64,000 nt of DNA from Protoeuglena noctilucae (Eukaryota): NCBI GenBank assembly GCA_958009085.1, contig OY253672.1:310001-374000 (forward strand), in the 5' to 3' direction. The position numbers and the translations under genes were made by a program. Each line of letters opens with the position of its first letter. The stretch's first letter is position 1. Of the stretch, positions 62,801 through 64,000 are shown piece after piece. Below the pieces are notes generated by a model that did no database searches, had not been told where the DNA came from, and saw nothing but the letters and a program-made list of their open reading frames with translations.

Positions 62801-64000
62801 TACCTAAGCCAGCTGACGCCGTACATCTCAGGGCCCTGCCGCCCGTCCTGCACGTAGTCGCAGGCGCCACGCCTCGCCCCCCGGAAATACACCACGCGGC
62901 CCTTGGAAAGACGCCCGGAGAAGGTGTGGCGACGCAGGTCGCTGATCTCCGATCCCTGGCGCACGGACCGGGTCACAAAGGCGATCTGCTCGATGCACTC
63001 CTCGAGCGTCAGGTTGGCGTTGCGCATGATCCTGGGAGACAGGGGTGGAAGAGGCTGTGAAGAAGGGGAGCAAGCATTCAGGGCGACAAGCATGCGGTCG
63101 TCACTTGCAAGGCGGCGTTACCCTGATGGTTGATGAGCGGCTAGTATGCACACAATTACTTGTCGCATCACATGCAGTCAACTGAGACAACCTCACGTTT
63201 GCTACCCATATAACGCCCCTCACCTCCACACGGGTGCGAAGAACTCCATTCGCTCCTGGAAGCTCATGCCTCGCCATTCCTCGGACTCCCTCGGGTGCGA
63301 GATGCCCGACCCCATGCCGATCGCGTCACGCCCCAATGCCCCCAATATCATCTCCACGAACTCCATGACGAGCTCACGAGTCACCTGGTCCGATTGCTCC
63401 AAGGGGCGCACCTGGTGCGGCAGTGGCGAGTCCATGACAAAGACGAGGCCCACGTCGTGACCCAAGCGCTCAAGCTGAATGGCCACCTCCAGAGCCACCA
63501 CGCCGCCGTACGAGTGGCCGCCCAGCAGGAAGGGACCCTGCGGCTGGACCTTGAGGATGTCTTGCACGTTGGCCCTTGCCAGGTCTGCCACGCAGAGATC
63601 GTCGTCCTTGTCAAGTACCAGAATGGGGCTGGAGCTCCACGCGAGCACGCGGGAGAAGGAGTAGTAGGCCGACTGGGCGTTGGCGACGCCGGGGGCGGCC
63701 AGGAACAGAGGCAGCACCGTCTGGCCCCTCAGGGTCTTGAGAAGGTCTGATGGAACAAGGTCCCCTGCCACCGGGCGAGTGCCCTCCCTGGGGGGCGCGG
63801 GGGCCGCGGGGACGGCTGCACTGCCGGGCTTGGATCGCCGGGAGGGCTGGTCAATTGTGGTGGCTTGCGACGGACCTACGACCTCTGCCGTGGCGCTGTC
63901 GAGGGCGCCCCTCGTGCCACCCTCGGCCTTCTCTTGGGCTGCACCAGAGGCCAGCTGGGCCTCGTGAGGCTCTGCGCTAGGGCCGGGGTCGTCGGGGCTA
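59896..64000 (-). CDS. C-terminal part of a PKS/NRPS-type protein: one intact thioesterase followed by two degenerate thioesterase-like modules; 5' end outside the window, 3' end approximate
   Basis: PLFLAAPG..LARANVQDILKVQPQGPFLLGGHSYGGVVALEVAIQLE..VFVMDSP..VEVVDVPGDHFSLL, then ALVLAAEGLACNVAYEVACRLE and VQPRGPVVLVGVGYAGAPIAAAVAAQVE..LVLVDG. Confidence 0.8.

Noticed and set aside
1..64000. Hundreds of long overlapping Arg/Pro/Gly/Ala-rich ORFs in the six-frame track (e.g. 31717-33105 minus, 10457-11848 minus, 51576-53069 plus)
   Set aside because: These are shadow ORFs expected from very high GC and strong codon bias on the opposite strand, with no recognisable motifs.
1..64000. Introner-like repeated introns, transposons, CRISPR arrays, tRNA/rRNA genes, telomeric repeats
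   Set aside because: No near-identical introns, terminal repeats, transposase or RT motifs, repeat-spacer arrays or cloverleaf signatures were seen by eye. Weak similarity could have been missed.

Overview
High-GC, intron-rich eukaryotic nuclear DNA, most likely a chlorophyte green alga (inferred from PsaO, plant-type PEX13/HEN1/CYP51G/PanK2 and TGTAA poly(A)-type signals). About 19 tightly packed spliced genes, many in divergent or convergent pairs: an ATX/Trithorax H3K4 methyltransferase (5' truncated), an SVOP/OCT-like MFS transporter, RPL9, an elongated mitochondrial ATP synthase subunit-d-like protein, RPS15A, ceramide synthase, P5CS, CYP51, an RNF4-like SIM-RING ligase, PanK2 (PanK+DUF89), PEX13, an HVA22/REEP protein, a putative plastid SnoaL/NTF2-like protein, a ~2000-aa uncharacterised protein, an orphan multi-exon gene, a GH31 alpha-glucosidase, PsaO, HEN1 and the 3' end of a multi-thioesterase (PKS/NRPS-type) gene. 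Notable points: about 23 GC-AG splice donors by manual tally (including both RPS15A introns), the giant uncharacterised gene, one intact plus two degenerate thioesterase modules, a doubled-size subunit d, and a shared fixed-spacing promoter layout at both ribosomal protein genes. All gene models were spliced by eye and no database searches were run. No tRNA, rRNA, CRISPR array or clear transposon was seen.
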